Assembly (NCBI GenBank): GCA_001189195.1
Contig: LFCQ01000003.1
Coordinates: forward strand, 207,791 to 271,790
DNA: 64,000 bases
Origin: Parcubacteria bacterium C7867-007
Lineage (GTDB): Bacteria > Patescibacteriota > Minisyncoccia > Phycocordibacterales > Phycocordibacteraceae
Direction: 5' to 3'
Positions 9,290-17,816 of the stretch are shown here, one piece after another. The notes beneath the pieces are model-generated. The model had not been told where the DNA came from. It was given only the letters and a program-made list of their open reading frames with translations, and did not search any database. Numbering within the stretch: position 1 is the first letter of the stretch; every line of letters begins with the position of its first letter. The position numbers and the translations under genes are program-made.

Positions 9290-10424
9290 CAGTCTCATTC
9301 TGTTTTTCATTGTTGTACTGATAGCATTTTTCGTAACGGGACTCTTTATTTATGGGGTCTGGAATGTTATTCGTTCCTTTGCTGAGAAAGCGAATCTCAT
9401 CCAAGCAATCATTGAAGCACTTCGTTTGGGTCGCTCTGGTGCTAATCCAATTCTTAAGAAAGGTCCGTATGAATGGGAAGCACAATCAGTATTAAATCCG
9501 GCTGCCGTTGAAGTGGATGGAAAGACTCATATGTTCTACCGCGCCATTGGAAACGATGGCGTGTCTCGTATTGGGTATGCTTCTTCGAAGGATGGTACAG
9601 ACTTTGATGAACGTCTCCCCTATCCTGTATTTGCTGGAGAACAACTACGCGCAGGAACATACCGGTATGATCCTGTGCTGTATCCCTCGGGTGGTAGCTG
9701 GGGAGGAACAGAAGATCCGCGTGCAGTGATTATTGATGGCATTGTATATCTAACATTCAACATGTTTGATGGATGGGACAACATGCGAGTGATGCTCACC
9801 ACGCTCTCTGTGGAGGATTTGAAAGCTAAGCGATGGAACTGGAGCACTCCCACGTACCTCTCTCCACAAGGACAGCGCCATAAGAACTGGGTTCTATTCC
9901 CTGAAAAGATCAACGGAAAGTTTGCGATACTTCATAACCTTCACACCGAAGATCCTGATCATGTGCGTGTGGACTATGTTGATGATCCCCGTCGTATTGG
10001 TACGGAACTTCCAACGATTGAAAGCGCTGACCCTAACGCGCTACCTGATCGCCCTGTTGCATGGCATAAGCGCATGCGCAGTGCCGGCCCCCCTCCACTT
10101 AAAACAGATGCAGGATGGCTTCTTCTGTATCACGGCACCGATGAAGAATCTCATAAATATAAGATGGGCGCTGCGTTACTCGATTTGAATGATCCAACCA
10201 AAATAATTGCACGTGCACCACTTCCCGTACTTGTACCTGATGCATCATACGAAAATGAAGGCAAGCCAGGTATCGTGTATGGTTGTGGCGCAACTATTAC
10301 TGACGATACTCTTCGTGTGTACTACGGTGGCGGAGATAATGTGATTTGCACCGCATCAGCACACCTCCCAACCTTCTTAAAGACCCTCATTGGCCAGGGT
10401 GCACCTAAGCTAGCAACTCCGTAA
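9282..10424 (+). CDS. glycoside hydrolase family 130 (DUF377) protein with N-terminal TM anchor
   Basis: N-terminal helix ILFFIVVLIAFFVTGLFIYGVW is followed by GH130 motifs: ANPILKKGPYEWEAQSVLNPAAVEVDGKTHMFYRAIGNDGVSRIGYASSKDG...EDPR.... Confidence 0.8.
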   Translation: MNSSLILFFIVVLIAFFVTGLFIYGVWNVIRSFAEKANLIQAIIEALRLGRSGANPILKKGPYEWEAQSVLNPAAVEVDGKTHMFYRAIGNDGVSRIGYASSKDGTDFDERLPYPVFAGEQLRAGTYRYDPVLYPSGGSWGGTEDPRAVIIDGIVYLTFNMFDGWDNMRVMLTTLSVEDLKAKRWNWSTPTYLSPQGQRHKNWVLFPEKINGKFAILHNLHTEDPDHVRVDYVDDPRRIGTELPTIESADPNALPDRPVAWHKRMRSAGPPPLKTDAGWLLLYHGTDEESHKYKMGAALLDLNDPTKIIARAPLPVLVPDASYENEGKPGIVYGCGATITDDTLRVYYGGGDNVICTASAHLPTFLKTLIGQGAPKLATP

Positions 10425-10425
10425 T

Positions 10426-12354
10426 ATGTTTATCGTAAACCGCTCACCCAATAATCCGATCATCGTCCCTTCGCGTGCAAATGCATTTGAGGCGATCGGT
10501 GCATTTAATCCAAGCGTAGTGCATAAAGATGGAGTTACCCACCTCTTCTATCGAGCCATGGCAGAGCCAGATGTGGTACGTACTCCCCATCATGGATTCT
10601 CAACCATTGGCCATGCTGCTGGATGCGGGGATGTTGATTTTGAAGAACGTACCCAGGTTATTGAAGCAACAGAAGAATGGGAGCACTACGGGTGTGAGGA
10701 TCCGCGTGCAACGTTCTTTGAGGGTAAGTGGTATGTGTTCTATACAGCACTGGGAGGATATCCGTTTGGTCCAGGAAATATTAAGGCAGCAGTCGCTATT
10801 GGAGAACGTCCAGATGCACTCACCGAGAAACATCTTGTTACTCCTTTTAATGCTAAGGCGGCGACCCTATTCCCTGAACGTATAGATGGTGATGCGGTAC
10901 TGCTCGTAACCGCACATACGGATTGGACACAAGAGCATCCACGTCCAACTATTGGCATAGCACGTTCAAAAAACATTGAAGATTTCTGGAACCCATCGTT
11001 TTGGAAAGAATGGCATGCAAATCTTTCCGATCATGCCCTTCCCGATGTGCGTCGTGCAGATACAGAGCATATGGAGGTTGCGGCAACACCTATCCGTATT
11101 CCACAGGGCTGGCTTCTCGTCTATTCACACATTCAGGATTACTACGATGAACATCGTCGCATCTTTGGTGTTGAAGCATTGTTGCTTGATGCAAATGATC
11201 CTCGAAAGATAATTGGAAAAACAGCGTATCCATTTATGGTGCCTGAGGAATCATATGAACGATACGGTATCGTCGCCAACATCGTATTTCCTTCTGGTGC
11301 GAGTGTGCACGCAGATACGCTTCATGTGTACTACGGTGCTGCAGATACCTCTTGTGCAACTGCGACTCTTTCACTTTCTTCTCTGCTTGAATCAATGGAT
11401 GCAGACAAGCGCAAGAACTTTGGTACTCGTGCCGAGGGTAACCCGATACTTGTTCCTGTTCCGGAACACTCATGGGAGTCACGTGCCGTCTTTAATGCCG
11501 CAGCAATTGATCACTCCGGCTCTATACACCTGCTCTATCGCGCCATGGGTGCAGATTCAACATCAACCATGGGGTATGCACGCCTTGAGGACGGTATTCA
11601 TGTCACTGAACGATTGAATGAGCCAGCATACTCACCACGTGAATCATTTGAAGCAAAGGGGGGTGCGCCAGATGGAAACTCTGGGTGCGAGGACCCACGC
11701 CTTACCCTCTTAGACGAAACACTCACCGTCTGCTACACCGCCTATGACGGACAAATATCGGTACGCGGCGCGCTTAGTACAATCCCCATTCAAGACTTTG
11801 TTGATAAGAAGTTTAATAACTGGAGCACACCGAAACTTATCACTCCGGCAGGGGTGCCCGATAAAGATGTATGTATCTTCCCTGAACGCGTTGAGGGGAA
11901 AGTAATTGTGATGCATCGGCTTGATCCAAATATTTGTATAGCAAAGTTTGATTCACTCGAAGATATTGATGTTATCGATAGCGCCTTCGATATTATGGGA
12001 CCACGTCGTGGTATGTGGGACGGCCACAAGGTTGGCGCAGGTGCTGCACCAATACGAGTACCCGAGGGATGGCTCTTTATCTATCATGGTATTGCCCCTG
12101 ACAAGAAAACGTATCGCCTGGGAGCTGCTCTATTAGACGAGAGCGGAGAGCGAGTACTCTCACGTATGGTTGCACCTATATTGGAGCCTCTTGAAGATTG
12201 GGAGAAGCACGGTCAGATTGGTGATGTGGTATTCACCTGTGGTATTGCCCAAAGAGACGATACGCTCTTTGTGTATTACGGGGGTGCTGATAGCAAGCTC
12301 GGTGTGGCAACATTCTCAGTATCAGATCTTATGAAGCGCCTTACCGCTACCTAG
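10426..12354 (+). CDS. tandem double GH130 (DUF377) domain protein
   Basis: There are two complete GH130 modules. The first begins NNPIIVPS...FNPSVVHKDGVTHLFYRAMAEPD...CEDPR. The second begins GNPILVPVPEHSWESRAVFNAAAIDHSGSIHLLYRAMGAD...CEDPR. The start is 2 nt after the previous gene's stop. Confidence 0.8.
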   Translation: MFIVNRSPNNPIIVPSRANAFEAIGAFNPSVVHKDGVTHLFYRAMAEPDVVRTPHHGFSTIGHAAGCGDVDFEERTQVIEATEEWEHYGCEDPRATFFEGKWYVFYTALGGYPFGPGNIKAAVAIGERPDALTEKHLVTPFNAKAATLFPERIDGDAVLLVTAHTDWTQEHPRPTIGIARSKNIEDFWNPSFWKEWHANLSDHALPDVRRADTEHMEVAATPIRIPQGWLLVYSHIQDYYDEHRRIFGVEALLLDANDPRKIIGKTAYPFMVPEESYERYGIVANIVFPSGASVHADTLHVYYGAADTSCATATLSLSSLLESMDADKRKNFGTRAEGNPILVPVPEHSWESRAVFNAAAIDHSGSIHLLYRAMGADSTSTMGYARLEDGIHVTERLNEPAYSPRESFEAKGGAPDGNSGCEDPRLTLLDETLTVCYTAYDGQISVRGALSTIPIQDFVDKKFNNWSTPKLITPAGVPDKDVCIFPERVEGKVIVMHRLDPNICIAKFDSLEDIDVIDSAFDIMGPRRGMWDGHKVGAGAAPIRVPEGWLFIYHGIAPDKKTYRLGAALLDESGERVLSRMVAPILEPLEDWEKHGQIGDVVFTCGIAQRDDTLFVYYGGADSKLGVATFSVSDLMKRLTAT

Positions 12355-12355
12355 T

Positions 12356-13102
12356 ATGCCTGCACTCATCTTCTTTGATATAGACAAGACGCTAACCTCT
12401 AGCAAGCAACCACTTACTCCAGAGATGGCAGCACTACTGACGCAGCTCCTTGAACGAACAAATGTCGCTATTATTTCTGGGGGAGCTTTTGCGCAGTTCC
12501 GCGAACAAATCATCAATCAGCTGCCACAGAGCGCATGTTTTGAACGTCTCTATATTCTTCCCACTTCTGGCGCAGCACTCTACACCTATCAGAATGGTGC
12601 GTGGAAACCAGTCTATGAGGAACACCTCACTGACGCACAAGCGGTGAAGATTCGTGCAGCAATTGAAACAGCTATACAAGAAACAGGAGTTATTGATCTT
12701 GGCACTCCATCATTTGGTGATCGTATTGAATTTCGTGGTGCACAGGTGACACTATCTGCACTTGGCCAGCAGGCACCTATTGCTGAGAAGGAGGGGTGGG
12801 ATCCAGATGCCTCAAAGAAACGTATTCTCCGTGATGCAATCGCACCCATGCTTCCGGAGTTCGATGTTAAGACCGGCGGGTCAACGAGTATCGACGTTAC
12901 GCTTCAGGGAGTTAATAAAGCGTACGGTGTTCGCAAGGTTAGCGAGATTGGCTCGTTCCTTATAAGTGACATGCTGTACATTGGTGACGCATTGTATGTA
13001 GGGGGCAACGATGAAGTGGTGAAGGAGACCGGTATTCGTACTCATCAGGTGAGTGATCCTGATGATACGATGCGAGTTATTCAAGAATTGTTGTCTCGAT
13101 AG
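12356..13102 (+). CDS. HAD-IIB hydrolase, eukaryotic-type phosphomannomutase (PMM)-like
   Basis: FFDIDKTLTSSKQPLTPEMAALLTQLLERTNVAIISGGAFAQFREQI aligns by eye to the PMM2 N-terminus (FDVDGTLT..RQKIT.EM..FL..L...IGVVGGSDF). A C-terminal GDALYVGGND motif is also present. Confidence 0.7.
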   Translation: MPALIFFDIDKTLTSSKQPLTPEMAALLTQLLERTNVAIISGGAFAQFREQIINQLPQSACFERLYILPTSGAALYTYQNGAWKPVYEEHLTDAQAVKIRAAIETAIQETGVIDLGTPSFGDRIEFRGAQVTLSALGQQAPIAEKEGWDPDASKKRILRDAIAPMLPEFDVKTGGSTSIDVTLQGVNKAYGVRKVSEIGSFLISDMLYIGDALYVGGNDEVVKETGIRTHQVSDPDDTMRVIQELLSR

Positions 13103-13116
13103 GCTATTCTATATAC

Positions 13117-15036
13117 ATGAATCAGTTCTACGTAGTACTCCCTGCAATCATCGGCTGCTATCTTGTTACGCTCGTATTTATTGCAGCAGTGATACGTGAG
13201 CTCTGGGTGATCCATCATCCTGGTTTAACGTTCTGGGGATTCTTGGAACACAAAGTGCGTATACCTAAAGAGAAGAAAATAAAAGAAGTGAAAGTGCCAG
13301 TCGTTAAAGTATCAAAGCCTATTAAAGTACAGTCACCAGCAGTTCCTATTGTTCCAGCAATTCCTCTGGCAGCACGTTCCCCACTCTATCGTTTAATACA
13401 GCCACACCTTCAAGGTGAGGTGGAAGACTCCACTGAGGAACGTGACAAGTATTCTCGAGACACTAGCCTCTTTACGAGAAAGCCGGAGCTCGTCGTGTAT
13501 CCAAAGAACGCTGATGATGTATCAGAGCTCGTTATAGCAGCACGTGCGGCACGTACCCATGGCATGGATGTTTCTATAACTGCACGCTCTGCAGGAACAG
13601 ATATGTCTGGTGGCCCCCTCACCAACTCAATTGTTGCAGTGTTCACGAAATACATGAATAAAGTGATTACTGTTGGTCCAGAAGGTGATCATGGATATGC
13701 CGTCACTGAGCCAGGGATCTACTACCGAGACTTTGAGAAAGAAACACTAAAGCATGGTTTTATACTTCCCTCCTATCCTGCCTCACGCTCTATCTGTGCG
13801 CTAGGAGGAATCATCAATAACGATTCCGGTGGTGAACGTACTCTTGAGTATGGAAAAACTCGCAAGTATGTAGAGGAACTTGATGTGGTGCTTTCAGATG
13901 GAACACAGACCACGTTCAAAGCTCTCACTGCCCGTGAACTTGCTGAGAAACAGAAGCTCCCAACGCTTGAAGGATCTATATACAAGCGTATGAGTGAGAT
14001 GGTGAGCACGTATTCAAAGACCATTGAGAAAGCACGGCCACGCGTGTCAAAGAACTCAGCTGGGTATGCGCTTTGGGATATACATGATCCTAAAACAGGC
14101 ATGTTCAATCTTGCAAAGCTTATTACGGGTGCACAGGGTACCCTCGCTCTTGTTACCAAGGCAAAGCTTTCACTCGTGAAGCCACAGGAACATCGTGCCA
14201 TGCTCATTGTGTTTCTTTCTGATCTTGAGGTGCTGCCGCAGGTGGTGAAGAAGGTGCTTCCCTTCAACCCAGAATCATTTGAATCATATGATGATCACAC
14301 GCTAAAACTTGCCGTGCAGTTCATGCCACAAATGCTTTCTCAGATGGGCATATTCCGTGCTGCACGTCTTGGCATGTCCTTCCTGCCTGAGGTGGGTATG
14401 GTACTTCGTGGTGGTGTACCAAAGTTGGTGCTCATGGCTGAGTTCTCAGAAGATACGGCAGACTACGCGCTTAAGCGTGCACAAGATGCACGTGCTGCTG
14501 TATCCTCTCTTAAGCTCCCGACAAGTATCGCAAAGAACGAGCGGGGTGCTGAGAAGTACTGGATCGTTCGTCGTGAGAGCTTTGCACTTTTGCGCAAGAA
14601 TCTAAAGGGGCTCTATGCTTCCCCATTCATTGATGACTTTGTGGTACCTCCGGAGTCTTATCCAAAGTTTCTTCCAGAACTTAACACTCTACTTGCGAAG
14701 TACGATCTTATATACACGATCGCAGGACATATTGGAGATGGTAACTTCCATATCATTCCACTCATGGATGTTTCAAAACCAGAGGCACGCAAGATTATTC
14801 TTGAGCTTGCACCACTCGTTTATGACATCGTACTCAAATACGGTGGCTCTACCACCGGTGAACACAACGACGGTATCATTCGTACCCCATACCTTGAACA
14901 GATGTTTGGTGCAGATATGGTGAAACTGTTTGCAGAAACAAAACGTATCTTTGATCCCGAGAATATCTTCAATCCTGGGAAGAAGGTTGGGGGTACCTTT
15001 GCAGATATTGAGGAGAGTATGATCCGGAAGATGTAG
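13117..15036 (+). CDS. FAD-linked oxidase (FAD_binding_4; GlcD/D-lactate dehydrogenase-like) with N-terminal TM and Pro-rich linker
   Basis: An N-terminal TM helix is followed by KVPVVKVSKPIKVQSPAVPIVPAIPL. The FAD-binding PCMH domain is then present (VVYPKNADDVSELV...RSAGTDMSGG....ALGGIINNDSGG), and a C-terminal FAD-oxidase_C region. Confidence 0.8.
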   Translation: MNQFYVVLPAIIGCYLVTLVFIAAVIRELWVIHHPGLTFWGFLEHKVRIPKEKKIKEVKVPVVKVSKPIKVQSPAVPIVPAIPLAARSPLYRLIQPHLQGEVEDSTEERDKYSRDTSLFTRKPELVVYPKNADDVSELVIAARAARTHGMDVSITARSAGTDMSGGPLTNSIVAVFTKYMNKVITVGPEGDHGYAVTEPGIYYRDFEKETLKHGFILPSYPASRSICALGGIINNDSGGERTLEYGKTRKYVEELDVVLSDGTQTTFKALTARELAEKQKLPTLEGSIYKRMSEMVSTYSKTIEKARPRVSKNSAGYALWDIHDPKTGMFNLAKLITGAQGTLALVTKAKLSLVKPQEHRAMLIVFLSDLEVLPQVVKKVLPFNPESFESYDDHTLKLAVQFMPQMLSQMGIFRAARLGMSFLPEVGMVLRGGVPKLVLMAEFSEDTADYALKRAQDARAAVSSLKLPTSIAKNERGAEKYWIVRRESFALLRKNLKGLYASPFIDDFVVPPESYPKFLPELNTLLAKYDLIYTIAGHIGDGNFHIIPLMDVSKPEARKIILELAPLVYDIVLKYGGSTTGEHNDGIIRTPYLEQMFGADMVKLFAETKRIFDPENIFNPGKKVGGTFADIEESMIRKM

Positions 15037-15080
15037 TTGTGCAGCATTGACTCTTACAGTCATCACCCCTATCCTAACTC

Positions 15081-15266
15081 TGGGTGTTCGAGCAACATGC
15101 GCACTACTGTACGGTTGGATCAGCATGCCAGCCCGAATACGCGCATGGCCATCGCATGTTAGCCGGCCTCGAATCGTTGAGCTTGATTGCTGAACCGCAG
15201 TTATTGCTTCTACCTTGAGGAACGCTCGCACCACAATGTGCGAATGCCTTGGTGCTCGAACACCCA
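15081..15266. repeat. 14-bp perfect long-range inverted repeat (tgggtgttcgagca / tgctcgaacaccca) enclosing ~158 nt with further internal hairpins
   Basis: Arms are at 15081-15094 and 15253-15266. Internal hairpins include catgcgc...gcgcatg and cgcac-cacaat-gtgcg. Confidence 0.5.
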
Positions 15267-15274
15267 ACCCACTA

Positions 15275-15304
15275 CACCGCTCTTTGAGCGGTGCTCTATT
15301 TTGC
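15275..15304 (+). terminator. intrinsic terminator closing the structured element
   Basis: CACCGCTC-tttg-AGCGGTG followed by ctctattttg. Confidence 0.5.
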
Positions 15305-15317
15305 AAAAGGTGTCTGG

Positions 15318-15337
15318 CTGGGACGATGTTGGAACCT
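15318..15337 (+). promoter_or_regulatory. copy 1 of a 20-nt direct repeat ctgggacgatgttggaacct, 48 nt upstream of the YkgJ-like gene start
   Basis: It is identical to the 20-mer at 15931-15950 and contains a TTGGAA (-35-like) hexamer. An SD sequence (ggag) precedes the ATG at 15386. Confidence 0.45.
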
Positions 15338-15385
15338 TTCTGCAATATATGGTAGGTTCTGTCCAGATCTGCACTGGAGAAACAC

Positions 15386-15874
15386 ATGGGCGACGAAGCT
15401 GAGGTAAGCATCCGCTCATGTGAGGGATGCACCGCCTGTTGCTATACGCATGCAGTCGGAGAAATACAGAAATGGGAATTCAGTACTTGCGCTTCATGCA
15501 ATGAAACGGGCTGCGGTATCTACGCATCACGACCCCGTGCATGCGGCTCATATTTCTGTGCCTGGGCGGTTAACGACATCGGAAATGATGACGAGCGTCC
15601 GGATAAGGTAGGTGTGGTTTGCAATACACTATTCACTCGCTTCACCGCAGATGATCCTCCCTCAATACTAATGCTGGAGGCATGGCCTGGAGCGCTTGAT
15701 GAAGGACCGGCGCAGGCACTGCTGGCTCGAATACTTGCAGACGGAACATCAGTCCGTACCGGAACACGAGATGGGTCACCACGCTGGAAATACCATGTTC
15801 TCAAACAGACGATGGAAACATTCGGGCAGATGCTCGAAGAGAATAATCTTAAAGTTGTCTGGCACGATATTTGA
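15386..15874 (+). CDS. YkgJ-family (UPF0153) putative Zn/Fe-chelating CxxCxxCC protein
   Basis: N-terminal CEGCTACC (CxxCxxCC), plus a further Cys cluster CASCNETGCGIY...CGSYFCAW. Confidence 0.65.
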   Translation: MGDEAEVSIRSCEGCTACCYTHAVGEIQKWEFSTCASCNETGCGIYASRPRACGSYFCAWAVNDIGNDDERPDKVGVVCNTLFTRFTADDPPSILMLEAWPGALDEGPAQALLARILADGTSVRTGTRDGSPRWKYHVLKQTMETFGQMLEENNLKVVWHDI

Positions 15875-15930
15875 ACTCATCTAGAGACCGTCTTAGGACG
15901 GTTCTCTTTTTATAATTGCGAGCTGGCAGT

Positions 15931-15950
15931 CTGGGACGATGTTGGAACCT
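15931..15950 (+). promoter_or_regulatory. copy 2 of the 20-nt direct repeat, 46 nt upstream of the next gene start
   Basis: Perfect match to 15318-15337 with the same spacing to an SD (ggagga) and ATG (15997). Confidence 0.45.
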
Positions 15951-15996
15951 GTGCTACGGTGGTCTCAGATTTGAAATATCAGCTCTGGAGGAGCAT

Positions 15997-16572
15997 ATGA
16001 CCAGAACAAAAACTGAGATACTCGCTCAAGCTCGGCAAGACAGCGCAATGCGAATGCTGTTCGAGGGGTTGAGCGAGGAGAATGCGCTTCGTGTTGCTTG
16101 GCAGGTGCTTTCCCACAAGCACTCGCGATATCTCAGCGAATTCGATCCGAATCTTATCGATGATATTTTCGCGCAAGATGTTCTTAGAATGATTCAAGAA
16201 TACACTGCTGAATTCATGACCTACGTAGACGTGGTCAGCATGGACGGGCACCGAGTTTCCCTTTCTGTCCGACTCACTACGGAGCTTCCGTTCAAGCTCA
16301 ATGGATCCTTCTTGGGCTTGCCGCCCTTTCCGCTTATCAACGAGGCCGAGCTGCTCGAAGTTCGGGTAAGTGGTCAGATGGTCATCTACAAAAGCCAGTG
16401 CACCACCGATCACACAAAGAATGAGAATTCTCTTTCAGCGATGACGAGTTTTGATTTGGTCACACTGGATCGGTGTCGTGTAGAAGTTGATTTTTTTGCG
16501 AATAATCGCTGGCTCACTCGACATCTGGTGCGCATTGACCCATCAGTTATTCAAAGTCACCCTTCGGGGTGA
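15997..16572 (+). CDS. hypothetical protein
   Basis: The start is placed at MTRTKTEIL (the ORF's Met28), which has a good SD (ggagga, 6 nt spacing). No family recognised. The stop lies inside a terminator hairpin. Confidence 0.5.
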   Translation: MTRTKTEILAQARQDSAMRMLFEGLSEENALRVAWQVLSHKHSRYLSEFDPNLIDDIFAQDVLRMIQEYTAEFMTYVDVVSMDGHRVSLSVRLTTELPFKLNGSFLGLPPFPLINEAELLEVRVSGQMVIYKSQCTTDHTKNENSLSAMTSFDLVTLDRCRVEVDFFANNRWLTRHLVRIDPSVIQSHPSG

Positions 16573-16584
16573 CTTCTTTTTTGC
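16555..16584 (+). terminator. intrinsic terminator
   Basis: GTCACCC-ttcg-GGGTGAC followed by ttctttttt. Confidence 0.65.
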
Positions 16585-16776
16585 TGGCAGATTAGGGATC
16601 AAACCATCAATGTAATGGTAATCCCCACCTCCGTGCGGAAACATTGCGATTTTGTCCATTCTGTAGCATACTAGGGGCAACTCGCCGATTTCCAGAAGCT
16701 TTGTGCGACCGCTCCAAAACGTGTCTCCCCAAGTGTTCGGTGCCAGCGAGGTTATTACATAGAATTCTCAGCCCAC

Positions 16777-17145
16777 ATGGCAAACAACAAGCTCTATGTC
16801 GGTGGTATCCCATACCGCACGACCGAGGATGAACTCCGAACTGCTTTTGAAGAAGCAGGTACAGTAACGTCCGCAAGTATTATCATGGACCGTATGACCA
16901 ATCGCTCACGTGGCTTCGGCTTCGTAGAGATGGCAGACGATGCAATGGCCCAAGCGGCTGTTGATCGCTGGGATGGCAAGGAGATGGATGGCCGTATGCT
17001 TTCCGTTTCATTTGCTCGTCCTCAGGGTGACCGTCCAGCAGGTGATCGTCCTCCTCGTCGCGAAGGCGGCTTTGGTGGCGGAAACCGTGGCGGTGGCTAT
17101 GGTGGTGGTGATCGCGGCGGCTTCGGCGGCGGCAACAGCTACTAG
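16777..17145 (+). CDS. RRM-type RNA-binding protein with Gly-rich C-terminus
   Basis: RNP-2 KLYVGGIP and RNP-1 RGFGFVEM motifs are present. The C-terminal tail GGFGGGNRGGGYGGGDRGGFGGG resembles cyanobacterial Rbp / glycine-rich RBPs. Confidence 0.85.
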   Translation: MANNKLYVGGIPYRTTEDELRTAFEEAGTVTSASIIMDRMTNRSRGFGFVEMADDAMAQAAVDRWDGKEMDGRMLSVSFARPQGDRPAGDRPPRREGGFGGGNRGGGYGGGDRGGFGGGNSY

Positions 17146-17157
17146 CACTCGCTAAAA

Positions 17158-17192
17158 GAAAAAGCGCTCCTCTAGGAGCGCTTTTTCTTTTT
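17158..17192 (+). terminator. intrinsic terminator
   Basis: AGCGCTCC-tcta-GGAGCGCT followed by ttttcttttt. Confidence 0.7.
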
Positions 17193-17266
17193 CACTATTT
17201 CCTTATAATCAAGGCTTGCGTATATAATTGTTTGTGATGAGGGCGCATCCTGCAGAAATGCAGCGA

Positions 17267-17300
17267 GATGTACGGAGAAAGACGACCGCGAGGTCGTCTT
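17267..17300 (+). terminator. second intrinsic terminator, 75 nt after the first
   Basis: AAAGACGACC-gcga-GGTCGTCTTT followed by cttttttg. TATAAT-like boxes (17203-17212 and 17222-17229) lie between the two terminators. Confidence 0.5.
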
Positions 17301-17325
17301 TCTTTTTTGTCACTGATCGAGGACA

Positions 17326-17769
17326 TTACTCCCCGAACTTAGCCTTAACTTCAAGCTTGCGGTCTTCTGCCATCCAGCCCACAAGATTTGCGAGTGTCAT
17401 AAGGAATGATGCAACTCCTGCAAGAGCAAGGATAAGTATCACCGGCCATGCGAAGGGTGTTGCAAAGTAGAAGAACACAACCATGAAGCTGAACCACAAT
17501 CCTGTACACCACGGGCAATTTAGAAGCGCACCAAGAGTGTGCGAGAAAGAGTTCTCACGAGAGTTGATAAACCAATCACGGATAAACTTCGTAATTACGT
17601 CATAGGTGAAGAGCCGAGTGAGACGGAATGTCGCAAGCGAGATAAGAGCAAGATCACGAACCGGTACGTCATAGAAAACACGTCCAGTCATGAAAAGCCA
17701 CCAGACTGCAACCGCTACTAAGCCAGCAAAGAAGAGGGACAAAACGGTGTTCCAGGGATGTATACGCAT
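17326..17769 (-). CDS. DUF1360-family membrane protein
   Basis: LLNCPWCTGLWFSFMVVFFYFATPF (CPWC motif) with three TM helices. The start is set at MRIHPWNT (17769). Confidence 0.55.
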   Translation of the reverse strand: MRIHPWNTVLSLFFAGLVAVAVWWLFMTGRVFYDVPVRDLALISLATFRLTRLFTYDVITKFIRDWFINSRENSFSHTLGALLNCPWCTGLWFSFMVVFFYFATPFAWPVILILALAGVASFLMTLANLVGWMAEDRKLEVKAKFGE

Positions 17770-17816
17770 ATAGGTATATTGTACTCCCGCAACGGTATAC
17801 GCGGTAGAATGGACGT

